DNA from: a virus
Taxonomy: Duplodnaviria > Caudoviricetes
IMG/VR virus record: IMGVR_UViG_2933953506_000002
Location: 51,775-115,774 of that record
Length of the DNA stretch: 64,000 nucleotides
Reading direction: 5' to 3' (one strand)
The position numbers and the translations under genes are program-made. The notes beneath the pieces were generated by a model, which worked only from the letters and a program-made list of their open reading frames with translations, had not been told where the DNA came from and searched no databases. Positions 62,414-64,000 of the stretch are shown in pieces. Numbering within the stretch: position 1 is the stretch's first letter; each line of letters opens with the position of its first letter.

Positions 62414-62599
62414 ATGGCGCGCGGCGGTTCAAATGCATTGCTGAGTTTCGAGACGATTGCCGAACGCATGGAAGTCCCAAAGCGCACGGTGCTCGACAAC
62501 TACAGAACTTGGGACATCCCCGTCGTTCGTATCAGCGACCGAATTCTCCGCGTACGGGAGCGCGATTTCGAGGCATGGCTAGACGCGCGCACGGAATGA
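62414..62599 (+). CDS. xis: Excisionase-like HTH protein
   Basis: 61 aa, LLSFETIAERM...IPVVRI...RVRERDFEAWL; AAGGA RBS; next to the integrase. Confidence 0.8.
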   Translation: MARGGSNALLSFETIAERMEVPKRTVLDNYRTWDIPVVRISDRILRVRERDFEAWLDARTE

Positions 62600-62764
62600 A
62601 TCTCGGGCGCCGGCACATGAGTTATAGCTGCCAATGCTGGGTCCTCACCGGCGACACAGCCTCTGACGCGACGACTTGACCTGCCACGGCTACGCCTACG
62701 TACAGTCCAACTCCCCTGGCCAGGGAGTCACCTGAGAAACAACCAAGATCGCGAAAGGCGTCCC

Positions 62765-64000
62765 GTGGCACGCAAGCCCACTGTCTATAAGCGGTGCGAA
62801 TGCTCCGATCAGAACAGGCCCAAGAAGGGCGGATGTCACCACAGTTGGGAATACAACCTCACGGTCGACGGCAAGCGCACGCGCGCGTCGGTTCCCGAGT
62901 CCGTTGGCCTGACCCAGGCTCAAGCTCAGGCACTTCTGGACGGAACACCTCCAGGCGCGGCACCGGAGCCGGTGGAGTCAAACCTCACCTTTCGACAGTG
63001 GGCGGCTGACTGGCTCAGCAGGCGGCGGGTGAAGGACACCAGCCTGGAGAAGTACGAGATAGCCATCCGCGTGCACCTCAATCCACGCTGGGGCAGACAA
63101 CGCCTAAGAAACATCAAGAAGGCTCAGGTCGAAGCCTGGGTCCAGGAGATGGAGGACAACGAGAAGCTCGCCAACTCCACCGCTGAGGGCCACTGGAAGG
63201 TCTTCCAGATGGTCCTGAAGGACGCCCTTCAGAACGGAAAGATCGCCTCAAACCCGACCTACGAAGTCGATGGGCCGTACGTAGGCGAGTCGACGTCGTA
63301 CGTCTTCACACCCGACGAGTGCTGGGCGATCTACGACGAGTTCCCCGAGCGCTACCGCCTCATCCCCATGTTCGGTTTCGCTTGCGGCGTCCGGCAGGCC
63401 GAAGCGTTCGCTGTGTGCGATGACGTTATCGACGGCGCCCAAGGCCTGCTCACCGTGCGTCGGCAGGTGCTGAGGATCAAGGAGACTCGCTACAGACCCC
63501 TCCTGGTAGACCGCCTGAAGACGAGCCCGCGCCTCAACTCGAAGAACACGCCGATGCCTCCGTACCTCCTGGAAGCTGTCGCCGAGCACACCCAGCGTTT
63601 CCCCCCTCGATCCACGAAGACCGTGATGTGGGAGCACAGGAAGAAGATCGACGACTGTAAGCGGGGCTCGGCCCGAGCACTCTTCTGGTCGTCACGGGGC
63701 AATCTGCTGTGCCGCAACCACTTCAACGATGACCTGTGGAAGCCCACCATGCTGAAGTTGGGCATCAAGGACGAGGAGGGGAACCTTCCGACCTTCCATG
63801 ACCTCCGGCACACCTTCATCTCCACATGCCTCCAGAACGGCATACCGGAGCACACCGTGGCCGCCTGGGTGGGCGACTCCGTCGATGAGCTTCGGCGCAC
63901 GTACAGCCACCTCCTGAAGGACCACGTCGACACGCACGGGGCGGTGGCCGCTGGCCTGACGGCGCGGCCGAAGCTGACCATCGTGCGCAACGCGGCGTGA
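62765..64000 (+). CDS. int: Tyrosine recombinase/integrase
   Basis: GVRQAE, LKT, FHDLRHT and TYSH catalytic motifs; HLNPRWG core-binding pattern. Confidence 0.93.
   Translation: MARKPTVYKRCECSDQNRPKKGGCHHSWEYNLTVDGKRTRASVPESVGLTQAQAQALLDGTPPGAAPEPVESNLTFRQWAADWLSRRRVKDTSLEKYEIAIRVHLNPRWGRQRLRNIKKAQVEAWVQEMEDNEKLANSTAEGHWKVFQMVLKDALQNGKIASNPTYEVDGPYVGESTSYVFTPDECWAIYDEFPERYRLIPMFGFACGVRQAEAFAVCDDVIDGAQGLLTVRRQVLRIKETRYRPLLVDRLKTSPRLNSKNTPMPPYLLEAVAEHTQRFPPRSTKTVMWEHRKKIDDCKRGSARALFWSSRGNLLCRNHFNDDLWKPTMLKLGIKDEEGNLPTFHDLRHTFISTCLQNGIPEHTVAAWVGDSVDELRRTYSHLLKDHVDTHGAVAAGLTARPKLTIVRNAA

Larger units (their letters stand above)
1683..64000. mobile_element. Temperate siphovirus prophage; left boundary uncertain and may extend left of the window, right att site probably just beyond 64000
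   Basis: Ordered head, neck, tail, lysis and replication modules ending in an excisionase and tyrosine integrase. Confidence 0.93.

Noticed and set aside
62667-62700. CGCGAC upstream of the integrase (also at 25630, 47533 and 48607)
   Set aside because: No matching ANNNT box at 18-19 nt; CGCGAC alone is common in high-GC DNA.
63860-63910. Integrase has GD instead of the usual GH/W before the catalytic Tyr, suggesting a pseudogene
   Set aside because: R, K, HxxR and Y are intact and the ORF is full length; this position varies among tyrosine recombinases.

Overview
A 64-kb stretch of a temperate siphovirus prophage in a high-GC actinobacterium, probably Streptomyces. The window ends at the integrase stop codon and the left end of the prophage is not seen. 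Left to right it holds: a truncated ORF plus a GT4 glycosyltransferase; a portal-MuF fusion; a ~5,680-aa DarB-like polyvalent protein (N6-adenine methyltransferase + SNF2/SF2 helicase + repeats); a prohead protease-NUDIX fusion; major capsid; metallophosphoesterase; neck and tail genes with a -1 frameshifted tail chaperone; tape measure; tail fibre; holin-like genes; a leftward replication/recombination operon; ParB-like and small-terminase-like genes; endolysin; SSB; a BldN-like ECF sigma module; excisionase; and a tyrosine integrase. The most notable unannotated structure: (1) about 12 copies of a CGCGAC-N19-(C/G)ANNNT promoter-like motif. In most cases the next gene is either leaderless or has its RBS paired with an anti-SD arm that the promoter's own transcript would lack. 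(2) A TnpV-like gene nested out of frame inside the giant gene. (3) The protease C-terminal peptide repeated inside the giant protein, a candidate capsid-loading signal. (4) A ~220-nt multibranch structured RNA with a GNRA loop. (5) A ~730-bp non-coding tract with about 30 GCGCGC sites. (6) Three GGTGTAACA-N15-CGT ECF-type promoters. (7) Three 30-31-bp palindrome-containing repeats. All family assignments come from motif recognition by eye; no database search was run.
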